This document shows positions 27,238 through 40,214 of a DNA stretch of 63,615 bases, one piece after another (position 1 is the first letter of the stretch; every line of letters begins with the position of its first letter). This DNA comes from Octopus bimaculoides (lineage: Eukaryota). The notes below the pieces were generated by a model. The model did no database searches. It was not told the DNA's origin and saw only the letters and a list, made by a program, of their open reading frames with translations. The DNA is taken from contig NC_068993.1 of NCBI RefSeq assembly GCF_001194135.2, positions 63,926,319 to 63,989,933 on the forward strand. Reading direction: 5' to 3'. Position numbers and translations under genes: made by a program.

Positions 27238-27489
27238 AGTGTGCGTGCGTATGTATGTGTGAGTGTGTGTGCGTGCGTGTGTGTGCGTGTGTGGAGTGTA
27301 TGAATGACACAATTGAACTCTGAGTGCACATTTTCTTATATTCGAAACAGCTGTAAGCTGATGGATGTGATTATATTGCTCTTCATCTTTCTTCTTTTAT
27401 TTGAAGGTTCTGTACTGATTGTTGGTTCATAGAAGAATTCAGGGTGAAGAACGTCATACAATTCATACTTCATCGACGGCTGACGCTGT

Positions 27490-28080
27490 TCATACCGTGA
27501 AAGAATAACTGGACGTTGATACAAACCGCTTTTTGAAGGTCATCACTGGTGATGAAAGCTGGTGCTACGGGTGTGACACGGAATTGAAGCAGCAATTTGC
27601 TCTACTTGGTCAAACTGTTAACCGGACATTTTACTTGCCTGTTCTAAAGCGTTTGTGAAATTCTGTGAGACGAAAACGTCTGTGGCAAATTGGAAAGTGA
27701 TGGTTTCATCACGACAATGCGCCTCCGCACACCGCCTTGAGTGTGAGACGGTTTTTAACCAAACATGGCATAACCCTGCCTACCCACCCTCCTTATTCCC
27801 CCAATCTTGCTCCCTGCGACTTTTTTTGCTTCCCCGAATGTAAAAAAATCCTTAAAGGGAAACGTTTTGTAGATGCTGAAGAGGTGAAATAATTAAAAAT
27901 GGAGCCATTAAAAGGCATCACAAGAGTTCGAAGACGGCTTCGAACAGCGGAAAATGCGTCCGGACCGTTGGATTGCTGCAGATGGAGAATACTTTGAATG
28001 CGATAAAAGTATAAACATGTAAAAGCAAGTGAATAAAAGAATATAGCAAATCTTCGTTTACTTTTGGATACCTCCGCGTA
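27490..28080 (+). mobile_element. Mariner (irritans-like) transposase remnant with 3' TIR
   Basis: FLKVITGDESWCYGCD, internal deletion, then GQTVNRTFYLPVLKRL, WFHHDNAPPHTALSV, HPPYSPNLAPCDFF, GEYFE; ends ...CTTTTGGATACCTCCGCG-TA. Confidence 0.93.
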
Positions 28081-28564
28081 TGTAAATTTGTAGAGCCCGT
28101 TACGGTAGAATGTTTTAAAATCGAATAGAGAGTTAGAAGTCTCTTACAGCTATACGGGTCTATCTGTACACCTTCTTACTCCTTTGTTCCTACGATACAC
28201 TCTTCTATGTTCTAACAACTCTATTGCAACAGCTCTACAATTATCTTTACATGTATAAATTCCATGTTCAACACCTATAATCTTTTAAGCCATTATTAGC
28301 CTTACATGATTTATAATCCCACAGAGGAGCCATCACGCAACACCGATTTACCGCTTGGTTGCCTGTTCATTCTTTCTTTCTCCTCTACGCCTACACACTC
28401 ACGTAAACACTCACACACACGCGTGCGCGCCCATGTATGTGTATGCGTGCGAGTATATGTGAAGGCGCGTGGCTTGGGATTAAGGTATTCCTCTGAACTA
28501 TGTTAAGGGTACGCGTGTTTGTTGAGTGATTGGCCACTTGCATGTACACTGGTACACACATATA

Positions 28565-28632
<68 letters not shown>

Positions 28633-29754
28633 NNNNNNNNNNNNNNNNNNNNNNNNNNNNNNNNNNNNNNNNNNNNNNNNNNNNNNNNNNNNNNNNNNNN
28701 NNNNNNNNNNNNNNNNNNNNNNNNNNNNNNNNNNNNNNNNNNNNNNNNNNNNNNNNNNNNNNNNNNNNNNNNNNNNNNNNNNNNNNNNNNNNNNNNNNNN
28801 NNNNNNNNNNNNNNNNNNNNNNNNNNNNNNNNNNNNNNNNNNNNNNNNNNNNNNNNNNNNNNNNNNNNNNNNNNNNNNNNNNNNNNNNNNNNNNNNNNNN
28901 NNNNNNNNNNNNNNNNNNNNNNNNNNNNNNNNNNNNNNNNNNNNNNNNNNNNNNNNNNNNNNNNNNNNNNNNNNNNNNNNNNNNNNNNNNNNNNNNNNNN
29001 NNNNNNNNNNNNNNNNNNNNNNNNNNNNNNNNNNNNNNNNNNNNNNNNNNNNNNNNNNNNNNNNNNATCGACTAAAGGCAGTGCTCTAGCATGGCCGCAG
29101 TCAAATTGCTGAAACAAATAAAAGAAAGAATAAAAGAATATAACATCTATAACCTCTAATCTTCTTAACCCTTATTAGCCTCACAAGAGTTATAATCCCA
29201 CAGAGGGGCAATCAGGCAACATCGATTTACTGCTAAATACATTAACTTCATCATAGATCAAGAAATTAAGAACTCCCATTAAAAATTGAATTACACAAGA
29301 TCTAGAATAACCATGAAACGCAACTTTGGAACACAGGAACAGATGATGCAAAATGCTCACAACCAACTGGCCATCAAACTTTTACATCTAGTCTTCGCCT
29401 GCTTAATGCATATCCTTATGGTTTCGACATCTGTACAGTACCACTTGACGCTCTGGAAATGTTAACAGCGTTAAGAACATAAACGCTATCTGGGGATTAA
29501 CAGACAAGAAACAGGGGCCAAACATTAGCGCAGTTCTTCTGTTACGTCCACACCCACTTACTGGTATAACTCACAAATACAAGCATCAAATCTCAAACAT
29601 TAGCTATAAAATACATACATACATGCATGCATGCATACATACATACATACATACATACATACATACATACGTATATGTACGTATAGAAATATGCATATAT
29701 ACACAAACACGTACGCACACACACATATATATGTACATATATTTCATCCTCATC

Positions 29755-29785
<31 letters not shown>

Positions 29786-29829
29786 CCATTATCATCATCA
29801 TCATCACATATGTCATGTGCTGCATGCGA

Positions 29830-30600
29830 ATAATCCACTAGGTACTTCTTCCCAGTCCATTCTTTGATGTCATCATTCTTCCACCAACGTCCTTAACAAT
29901 CTCTTTCTTCCCTTCAAGACTACTCGAGAGGATGGTCATGGGCATTGTCTTGTGCGTTCAAAATGTCAGTTCCTTATCGACTTGTTTCTCGACAATAAGT
30001 GTTGTTGGACTTTCAAAGATTTTCTTGTATTAATTTGTTACTCTGTTTCCCAACCCAATCTGTGCAAGATTCACAGAGCAAAGGTTTCTATCTTAACCGC
30101 TGTTGCTGGATACGTATTTCTATCTCGTATAGAACAATTAGTATAACAGATAACTCTATTTTAGACGCAGCGTGTTTTTTGAAATGAAGAGATTTTCATT
30201 CTTATAAATGTTGTTTTAACCTTATTTATTCTTTGAGTGGCTTCTTCACGTGACTTTACACTGGCACCTTCATAGCGATTTATTCGTTTCCCTGAATACT
30301 TGAATTTTTTAAATTTTTTTGGTTTACTTGCTCACGCTTTTATCCATCAACAGGTATTTTTTGTTCCTTTTGTTTTGTTTTACCAATAAGCATTGTCTTT
30401 TTCTTGTTAATATTCTGACTTTTCTTTTGCACAGAATCAACAATTTCGTGTAATTTCTCGTTACTGCTTGCCAATAATGCCATACCATCTGCATATCTTA
30501 TAATATTCATACCGTTGACTGTGAATTCTTTGATTTCCTTTGACGCTCTGAACATTATACTCCGTATAAATATTAAATAGCTATGGGGATAACACATGTT
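29830..30600 (-). mobile_element. RTE-clade LINE, decayed 3' RT fragment
   Basis: NIIRYADGMALLASSNEKL (YADD motif mutated), INKKKTM, FKYSG, ending W.NDDIKEWTG. Confidence 0.85.
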
Positions 30601-30877
30601 TTTGTCTTACACCTGCTTTGATTACTGTTGGGTCGGATAACTTCTGAATCTGTTATGATGGCTGCCTTTTGGCCGCTATATTAGACAATGACAATTTCGA
30701 TGCCTTTTCATTCTAAACCGGCCTTTTCTAAAGAGATGATCAGGTCTTTGTGGTATTAGCGGTCAATGGAAAGGGTAACATTGGTGTGTGACTTAAATAA
30801 GACAGAAGGCATCATCGGTCAATCCTCGTAAAAGGACAGATGTTTCATCACGAGTTACGAAAAATAAAAGCCCCCTA

Positions 30878-30999
30878 AGGGTGAATGCTACTGTTGCTTT
30901 TAGCTCCAGAAGAACATCTCCTCCAGCTGGCTATTGACACACTTTCTGTGGCCTGTCGCTATTTGCTAAGGGGCTAAAAGCAACAGTAGCATCCACCCT
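30878..30999. mobile_element. MITE of ~120 bp with 27-bp terminal inverted repeats
   Basis: AGGGTGAATGCTACTGTTGCTTTTAGC versus reverse complement of 30973-30999: 26/27 match; TA-rich flanks; decayed second copy at 49.55 kb. Confidence 0.75.
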
Positions 31000-31013
31000 A
31001 TATATATATATAT

Positions 31014-31933
31014 NNNNNNNNNNNNNNNNNNNNNNNNNNNNNNNNNNNNNNNNNNNNNNNNNNNNNNNNNNNNNNNNNNNNNNNNNNNNNNNNNNNNNNN
31101 NNNNNNNNNNNNNNNNNNNNNNNNNNNNNNNNNNNNNNNNNNNNNNNNNNNNNNNNNNNNNNNNNNNNNNNNNNNNNNNNNNNNNNNNNNNNNNNNNNNN
31201 NNNNNNNNNNNNNNNNNNNNNNNNNNNNNNNNNNNNNNNNNNNNNNNNNNNNNNNNNNNNNNNNNNNNNNNNNNNNNNNNNNNNNNNNNNNNNNNNNNNN
31301 NNNNNNNNNNNNNNNNNNNNNNNNNNNNNNNNNNNNNNNNNNNNNNNNNNNNNNNNNNNNNNNNNNNNNNNNNNNNNNNNNNNNNNNNNNNNNNNNNNNN
31401 NNNNNNNNNNNNNNNNNNNNNNNNNNNNNNNNNNNNNNNNNNNNNNNNNNNNNNNNNNNNNNNNNNNNNNNNNNNNNNNNNNNNNNNNNNNNNNNNNNNN
31501 NNNNNNNNNNNNNNNNNNNNNNNNNNNNNNNNNNNNNNNNNNNNNNNNNNNNNNNNNNNNNNNNNNNNNNNNNNNNNNNNNNNNNNNNNNNNNNNNNNNN
31601 NNNNNNNNNNNNNNNNNNNNNNNNNNNNNNNNNNNNNNNNNNNNNNNNNNNNNNNNNNNNNNNNNNNNNNNNNNNNNNNNNNNNNNNNNNNNNNNNNNNN
31701 NNNNNNNNNNNNNNNNNNNNNNNNNNNNNNNNNNNNNNNNNNNNNNNNNNNNNNNNNNNNNNNNNNNNNNNNNNNNNNNNNNNNNNNNNNNNNNNNNNNN
31801 NNNNNNNNNNNNNNNNNNNNNNNNNNNNNNNNNNNNNNNNNNNNNNNNNNNNNNNNNNNNNNNNNNNNNNNNNNNNNNNNNNNNNNNNNNNNNNNNNNNN
31901 NNNNNNNNNNNNNNNNNNNNNNNNNNNNNNNNN
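31014..31933. other. Assembly gap (largest of about 12; others near 4268, 10508, 11340, 25251, 28633, 32508, 36378, 55271, 58016, 59362, 61762)
   Basis: N runs, nearly all flanked by (TA)n or (CA)n. Confidence 0.99.
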
Positions 31934-31987
<54 letters not shown>

Positions 31988-32412
31988 ACACAGACGTATT
32001 CTGGAATGTATTTTGGGCAGATTTAACGTAATTTTTCATTATAGTTTCCGAAATCGTTTATAATATTTGAGATATCCAACAATTACCAAACAAAAATAAC
32101 TCGCTTTTCAATTATCTTTTCTTACATACCAATATTATACCTTATAATAATTCAAAATTTTCCAAGGAAAAATTGTTAATTTTTTCTCTTTTCTGGTAAC
32201 AATCCACATTAATTTCGAAAAACATTATTTTAGCAGGTGTATAATCTCTAAGACATTTTCGATTCTCCTTTATTTTCTTCCTGTTAGATTATTTCACATT
32301 TTCTTTTCGTTTTCATTTAAATGTAAAACAAACATCAATTAAATATCAAAAATTTCGATGTGACATGTGTGTCTGTGTGTGCGTGCCTGTGTGTGTGTGT
32401 ACACGCATACGT

Positions 32413-32445
<33 letters not shown>

Positions 32446-32449
32446 CACA

Positions 32450-32507
<58 letters not shown>

Positions 32508-32858
32508 NNNNNNNNNNNNNNNNNNNNNNNNNNNNNNNNNNNNNNNNNNNNNNNNNNNNNNNNNNNNNNNNNNNNNNNNNNNNNNNNNNNNNNNNNNNNN
32601 NNNNNNNNNNNNNNNNNNNNNNNNNNNNNNNNNNNNNNNNNNNNNNNNNNNNNNNNNNNNNNNNNNNNNNNNNNNNNNNNNNNNNNNNNNNNNNNNNNNN
32701 NNNNNNNNNNNNNNNNNNNNNNNNNNNNNNNNNNNNNNNNNNNNNNNNNNNNNNNNNNNNNNNNNNNNNNNNNNNNNNNNNNNNNNNNNNNNNNNNNNNN
32801 NNNNNNNNNNNNNNNNNNNNNNNNNNNNNNNNNNNNNNNNNNNNNNNNNNNNNNNNNN

Positions 32859-32891
<33 letters not shown>

Positions 32892-32939
32892 TGTGTGTGT
32901 GTGTATGTGTGTATGATTCGTTTTGTATCTCCAAATTAT

Positions 32940-33340
32940 TCCCATCCGTTTTGGTCGATTATGCTCTAGCTAGGACATGATCTGTTTCGATAAAAATTCC
33001 CAAAGAAGTTTAACCTCATCACTCCCACTCACCTTTTTTCGGTTGCATCTTCATACCACTTGTGTTCCGAACGAAGTCAATACTTCTTACACATTTTCCA
33101 GTGAACGATCATTGCAGCATTATCATATCTCCAAGAGTTATACTGTTTTTGTGTGACTTTAGAACATTCATTTGCTACACGGGTCACTGTTTCTTCTCGT
33201 TCATCGCACAACCTGTACAATCGCAACACATTAATTCCTGCTCTACATTTTGTATTATTTGTCCAGAGGGCTAGATCCCGAGTTGCCATGATTAATTCAT
33301 CTCTCTGGGAAAAGCCTTATCAAAAAGAAAAGGCCATCCC
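32940..33340 (-). mobile_element. R4/Dong-like REL-LINE fragment (CCHC finger and start of endonuclease)
   Basis: RLCDEREETVTRVANECSKVTQKQYNSWRYDNAAMIVHWKMCKKY, then with frameshifts KWYE, VKLLWEF, IETDHV. Confidence 0.85.
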
Positions 33341-35826
33341 ACTGGATACTTGAAAAAACACTGCAACAGCTGAAGGCCGCGGAGTCACCTCTGAACAACT
33401 GAAAACGAGAAAGAATGTGATCATAATTTAACTGAAAATCCAAGAAATTCATACAGTGGATGAAAAAGTATGGTGTCGATAGCTCTCTACAGAAACATGA
33501 ATTTTGCATGACCGAAGATAACAAAGAATGAAGCTTCACTTCCACCTGCCTAGCGTAAATTTGCATGCAAACAGCATGCAAAGTGATGTTATTTGTCATT
33601 AGATACACCACTACAACAAATGAGAGTTGTAAAAAGAAGCGAATTTCTCGAACACTAGGAACAACGAACGTCAACAATTTCCCCAAAAAATATGTATGTT
33701 AATCTTTACGCTGGCATTCGTTCGTCTTACATTATCTCCAGACATTGCCTAGATATTCCAGAATTGTGAAAAATATTCAATAAGGAAAGACGTCTATTTA
33801 TAAAGAGCTGGTGGTGAGATAAAAGATATCTAGTCACTGGTGTAGAATGGTCAACATATATATTTACAAATTTGTGTCGCACCAAGTTTTTAAATAATAA
33901 AAAATATTGCTGATGTCATTGTAGGGATTCATTCAGTTGGAGATATGCCTGGTATTATGTTTGTAAATAGCAGCAGAATATCTGCATTTGGTGAGGATTG
34001 TTTCTGTAAATCGGTTCGAAGAGAATTGGAAACTTCTCTGTTTCTGAGTTGCTGTTATAATTAGTCACATGACTAATGAATTGACAGTATCATTAGAGCC
34101 ATAGTTATATCTTTTACGTTCAGAGTTCAGACCTTGCAGAACTTCAGCTAACCGTCTAGCATTCCAGGGCCGTTAAAATAAATAATAGTAAGAAACTGAG
34201 TTCGATACGATTGATTGTTCTTAAATCATAGTATTCTTGACCGTGTTCCAAATAAAACAGTTTCAGATTGGCTCTGATTGAATTGATTATGTTGTTGTTG
34301 TTTAGCCCCGAGTCCAGTTTGATCGGGTACATATGCGTCTTCGCTGTTTTGCTGCTGTCGTCTAATCGTTCCGAAGCGACTCCGATCGAATAAACCAATC
34401 AGCTTTCATTATTACTGCTGTTTAGTTTCATGTTAAACCCTGAGTAAGCTGGTGCAACACGTCTATGAGGGAAACCCTTCCAATCATGCCGATACTTTGT
34501 TTTATTTTAGGGAGTAAGATTGTAAAAAGGGGTTTAAAGAGGTCCTCAATGTAATTAGATGGAAAATCTGAGTGGGCGAGTAGAAGCAGAATTTAAAATT
34601 ATAAATAGTGAAGGAACGGATCAATATTTTGTAATATGTCTGAAACTTCACCCTGAGATGGCTTTGAAAAGAGACACCTCCACTCCAGTAGGCGCAATAA
34701 GTGGACGTGAAGGTAATTTGTAAATTCTCATGTATACAGATATTCTACTTTTAGTACATATTTAAATTTACGTGGGACGTTGACAGAAATATACTCTCGT
34801 TGTACTGAATGCGAATATAATCCATCTTCTATTTCTGTTGGTTCTCTAGAATATATAATCAGGTGGTTAATTTATACCCTTGTATAAAAGAAATATATCC
34901 TTTACAATTTTGTTTAATATTTTAACTCATTACCTTAGGGGAGAGAGATGAGATTTTATAAAACTATTTAGAAATCGGTTTTGGAGATTAACAGTGATAT
35001 TCAATTCATATGGATATGACTTCGTATATTAATTTGTAAACCAGAAATAGCAATTAAGCAAGAACTTAATGGATGTATATGAATGGGTAAGCATAATTAC
35101 GTTGATCTAGGACATAGTCAGCTTACAAAGTTTATTCGAATGATGGATATCGATAAACACTCGAATATATGCTAAAAGACACCTTTAACATTACAGTGGG
35201 TTTGCTGTATTACTATGTGTGTGTATCTATATTTATGACCATCTACATATGTTCATTGGAGAACTAATTATCGGGAAAATTAACTGACTCTGTATAAGAA
35301 TCACCGAATTTATGATTTGAAAGTCCAATATCTTGTATTGATTTGATTTGGTCAAGTTTAGCTTACATCTGACCATATCAGAAAGTATCATTTTATAAAT
35401 AAGTAAATCACATAATTCGAATCAATATGTAGTTTGGACAAGATATTGTGTAAGAAGGTGACGGAGAGACTTGTCTTCGGAATCGCTTACAGATGTATTT
35501 ACTACGCTTCTTTTTCAGGAATTTCCTGACAAATTCAATAATCTAGATCGATAGATTTACTTTGCATTTCTTAACTCTTGTCTTTTTATCGTTATTATAT
35601 AAAGTTGTAATATAAATTATATATCAGATCTATTAGAATATGGCCAGTAAGTGAATCTAGAGTACGTATATCTATTTGATTTGCCCTCACTTAATCAGAC
35701 CTAAATCTATTCAAGCACTTGTGGTGCGGCTAAAATCTCTTGATACTTTATTGCGCGCCGTTTTTGCATTTTTCTAGGCTTGAAATAGTTAACTTGTACT
35801 CAAAGATAGGTCTACAAAACATAGCG

Positions 35827-35908
<82 letters not shown>

Positions 35909-36340
35909 CATGCATACACACATACAATCATAGACAACGATGCAAGTACACAGACTATATACTCACAGACAAACATATAAACAAACAACACACAACATTC
36001 ATACACTCATTGATTCATTCTCTCACTGTAAACTTGACATAAGTGGCAGATTCAGGATATAGCAGCAGGTTTACCATTTCATATAAATAAAACACGTCGG
36101 TAACTGAATAACATTATTGAACAGCGTCTATTGAAATTAAACAAATGGATTTTTATTCTATTGTCGACACAGTGTCTAAAATCTGTTAGAATTTTCAATT
36201 AAGTGTACATTTAAATGTGACAGGTTTGGAAATTTATCGCCTGCAGCGAAAATTTACTCACCTCTGGGAAGTCGGTAAGAAAATATTAATACAATTTTCG
36301 AATATGATTTCATACGGGCAAATGTATGTATCATATATAT

Positions 36341-36377
<37 letters not shown>

Positions 36378-37209
36378 NNNNNNNNNNNNNNNNNNNNNNN
36401 NNNNNNNNNNNNNNNNNNNNNNNNNNNNNNNNNNNNNNNNNNNNNNNNNNNNNNNNNNNNNNNNNNNNNNNNNNNNNNNNNNNNNNNNNNNNNNNNNNNN
36501 NNNNNNNNNNNNNNNNNNNNNNNNNNNNNNNNNNNNNNNNNNNNNNNNNNNNNNNNNNNNNNNNNNNNNNNNNNNNNNNNNNNNNNNNNNNNNNNNNNNN
36601 NNNNNNNNNNNNNNNNNNNNNNNNNNNNNNNNNNNNNNNNNNNNNNNNNNNNNNNNNNNNNNNNNNNNNNNNNNNNNATATATATAAACTTACACATATA
36701 CATGTGTATATAAATAAATATCAATAAATGAATGTACACATAAGCTTGATTTTTGTATGTTTGTATGTTTGTATGTACAAAAATGTATGCATGTGTATGT
36801 GCATATATGTATGTATGTATGTGTATGCGTATGAAACTGCTTATTCTGCAATTGTGTTCTTAAAAGGCGTTGGTTGTTTTCATTCAAAGTTTTCATGTTC
36901 GACCTTGCCACCAAATTTATCATTGCTACTGGAACCAGATTGCCGACGGCAACATTCTTCGCGTCAATGAGCCACCATTACCGCTATTAGTACAATTACC
37001 ACCACCACCACCACCACCACCACCACCACCACCACTACCACAATGGCAACTGCCACAAGGACTGGCCATCTAAGCGTCCAGAAGTTGTCCTCGTATACTA
37101 CAGGATACAACTTTTCTTCACTCTTGTATTAGGATCTAACAAACAATCGAATATAGCCTGAGCAATGTCTCACATCATTCTAAACAACGATGGTTGAATG
37201 TACAACCAT

Positions 37210-37715
37210 CATTCGATCGTTCAAAACTGCCTCGAACAATTTGAAGCAGCAAAATTCTGGAGCTTCTGGCAACATCCCTGTTGATTTTCTGAAAAATAGG
37301 ACACTACCTCTCAAAATCACAATGTAGATTGACTTCCTGCAACTGTTGTACAATCGTCAAGTCTCAAACGAATATAAATATGCGGTTATTTTCCCCATCA
37401 TCAAAGAAGGGGATCGAAAATTTAGGAATTATCGAAGAATACATTTTTCTCCAGCTAAAAAAATAATATTTTGCACAAATTCTTTCAAATTCTCTTAAGA
37501 ACATTACAGAATCCCAATACAGTCTTCGCTTGTTTCGTGGGATTATCAACATAATTACCTGCGTAAGTCATTGCAACAGAAAAGCAAATAACAGCATGAC
37601 CGTCTTCGTTAGAAAAATGCTTTTGGCTGAGGACCAGCGCATGCCATATGCTGGATGGTTCTTGAGAAGGTTTTGTGTACCCAAGCCGTTTCAATCACTA
37701 CATGGCGGTAGGTTA
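37210..37715 (+). mobile_element. RTE-clade LINE, decayed N-terminal RT fragment
   Basis: NSGASGNIPVDFLK...YKYAVIFPIIKEGDRKFRNYRRI...ITESQYSLRLFRG...GFCVPKPFQSLHGG corresponds to KAPGPDGIP...NYRGISLL...ESQCGFR...GCPxKF. Confidence 0.8.
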
Positions 37716-37834
37716 TGTTAGTTTCATGAAAAACTAATTTCCCAAACATTTTCCTTGCACGAGCATTGAAATAGTGTTGTATTCATGTATTTACATATTT
37801 GCTTATTTGAACAACTTTAATCTTTTCTTTCTGT

Positions 37835-38210
37835 TTTGTTTTGCCTGTTTCAGTCATTGGACTGCGACCATACAATGGTGCTATCTTGAAGAATATTTTT
37901 AGGTCAAAGAAATGACCCCAGTACTAATTTTTAGTTTATAAGCCTGCTACTTATTCTATCAGCCACTAAATCAAAGGGAGCTAAGAACACAAACACCGGT
38001 GGTCAAGCGGTGGTAGAAGACAAACACGGACATAGTCACACACACATACATATATATATACAGCAGGCATCTTTCAGTCTCCGTCTACCAAATCCACTAA
38101 CAAGGTTTTAGCCGGCACGAAGCTATAATAAAAAACACATGCTCAAGATGCCACATAGCGGTACTGAATCTGGAGCCATGTGGTTGGGAAGCAAACTTCT
38201 TACCAACCAA
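37835..38210 (-). mobile_element. Near full-length tRNA-derived SINE (family A) with internal CA/TA repeat
   Basis: Head GGTAAGAAGTTTGCTTCCCAACCACATGG...GATTCAGTACC (A/B-box-like) and 3' end shared with 13.2, 39.9 and 55.0 kb copies. Confidence 0.85.
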
Positions 38211-38216
38211 ATAGTT

Positions 38217-38812
38217 TACGAGGTGTAATCGAAAAGTATCCGACCTTGAAAGTTTTGGCAAAAAATAATAATGCCCGAGCATGGGGATTAGATGGCCGCG
38301 TCCTTCCTGAGCATACGCAAAAATTATCGTGTCTGTAGGTTACGCCATTCGCCCGCAGTGACGCGTTGAGTACAGACATGAAGAGTGTGCTGTGCGATTT
38401 TTTCTTTTTGAGACAAGATTTTTTCTTTTTGAGCAAAGATACTCTATCAAATTCTGTCAAAAACTTGGTGATATGCCAGCCCAGATTATGGAGAAGATTC
38501 AGAAGGCTTTTGGAGATGATGCTATGGGGAAAACAAATAAAAAGCAGTTGCACCTCAGTAGACAGTGAGCCATAGTGTGGCCAGAAAATTATCAAAAAAT
38601 ACTAACTGAGGGTTCTTCGTCGCCTTCGAAAAGCTGTGCAGCAAAAACGATCCAACATGTGGGCAACAAAGATCTGGAAACTCCCCCATGACAACGCACC
38701 CGCTCATTCTACCCACGTCGTCCAAGCATTCCTCGTCTAGTAAAACACATCACTTGTTCGTTAGGCTTTTTAATCCCCAGACTTGGGTCCGTGTGACATT
38801 TGATTATTCCTA
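38217..38812 (+). mobile_element. Internally deleted mariner (irritans-like) with 5' TIR
   Basis: TA-CGAGGTGTAATCGAAAAGTATCCG; EQRYSIKFCQKLG...KIQKAFGDDAM; VLRRLRKAVQQKR...HDNAPAHS; SPDLGPCD. Confidence 0.9.
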
Positions 38813-38834
38813 ATCAGATCCACATATAATATCG

Positions 38835-39050
38835 GTTTCAAATTTTAGCACAAGGCCAGTAAATTAATGGGAGGGTATCTAGGCGATTGCATGGACCCCA
38901 TTGCTCAACTTTTTCTTATTTTATGGACTCCGAAATTATGAAAAGCAAAGTCGACTTAGGCGGAATTTGAAATCAAAACGTGAAGATGGGCGAAGTGCTG
39001 CTATGCCTTTTGTTAGGCGTGTTAACGATCCTGCCAGCTCACCGCATTAA
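38835..39050 (-). mobile_element. tRNA-derived SINE (family B)
   Basis: GCAAAGTCGACTTAGGCGGAATTTGAA...TTAACGATCCTGCCAGCTCACCGC. Confidence 0.85.
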
Positions 39051-39667
39051 ATCCACACGTAATATTGAAAAAAGGATAAAGATGATCCTCGGTATGAGAT
39101 AATGGAGGATTAGGATTCCAACTCTAAAATTAGTGAAGAAAAATAGGATGACAAGAAAAGATAGGAGAACGCAGAATTAGAAAAATAAATCAAAACGTAA
39201 TTTTATAAGATGATAACCTTTTCGGCATTTGAATTATACTGAGTGCTTCTTGATATTAATTGAAATCTTGTCTAGTTCCAATGCTTAATTAAGCAAGCAG
39301 TTAATTAACTTTGAAAATCAAAATAAACTGTCATTCGTTACCATTGTTTAATAGAGCAACTATAGGGGATGTTAAATTATCGATACTCAATGTACATGCT
39401 GCCAAATTCAACCCAGAATATTTCTACATCTAAAGATTAAAACCAAAATAGAAGATTTATGGAAAATCAGTTTTGTAAAGCAAAACAGATGATTCTAATT
39501 TCATGGTCGAAAACACTTAAACTAAATACACAGCTTTAAATAGAGTTAGGCGAGCAATAGGTCGGCGAAACAATATATTCCGTTTCTAGAGGGAATATAT
39601 CTGGAACTGCAGTCAAGAAAACATGTATTCACACACAAACAAACACGAATTTGTACATATGTATTCA

Positions 39668-39721
<54 letters not shown>

Positions 39722-39884
39722 CCTATCTATCTCTCTATCTCTCTATCTCTCTATCTATCTATCTACCTATCTCTTATATGTATATATACACGCATGCAAT
39801 CATATCCTACACGCACACACACACATACATACATACCTATAGGCATACACATATAAATATAAAATGAGTTCGATACCTTTGTAT

Positions 39885-40110
39885 TCCTTTATTCTTTTAC
39901 TTGTTTCAGTCATTTGACTGTGGCCATGCTGGAGCACCGACTTGAAGGATTGCAGTCGAAGAAATCGATTCCGAGACTTATTTTTAAAAGCCTAGTGCTT
40001 ATTCTATCTGTCACCTTGCCGAACCGTTAAGTTACAGGGACGTAAACACACCAACACCGGTGGCTGTAGTGACAAACACAGATACAAATACACACACACA
40101 CATATACAGT
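39885..40110 (-). mobile_element. SINE family A, 3' half
   Basis: TTTCAGTCATTTGACTGTGGCCATGCTGGAGCACCG...CCGAACCGTTAAGTTACAGGGACGTAAACAC. Confidence 0.85.
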
Positions 40111-40214
40111 TCAAAATTTACAAAAATAGGACAAGAAGACGATATTTGACTCTCTGAGAATGGGAAATTAAAAAGAATCTTTAACGTTTCTAGTATTTAC
40201 TCCTTCTTCCGAAA

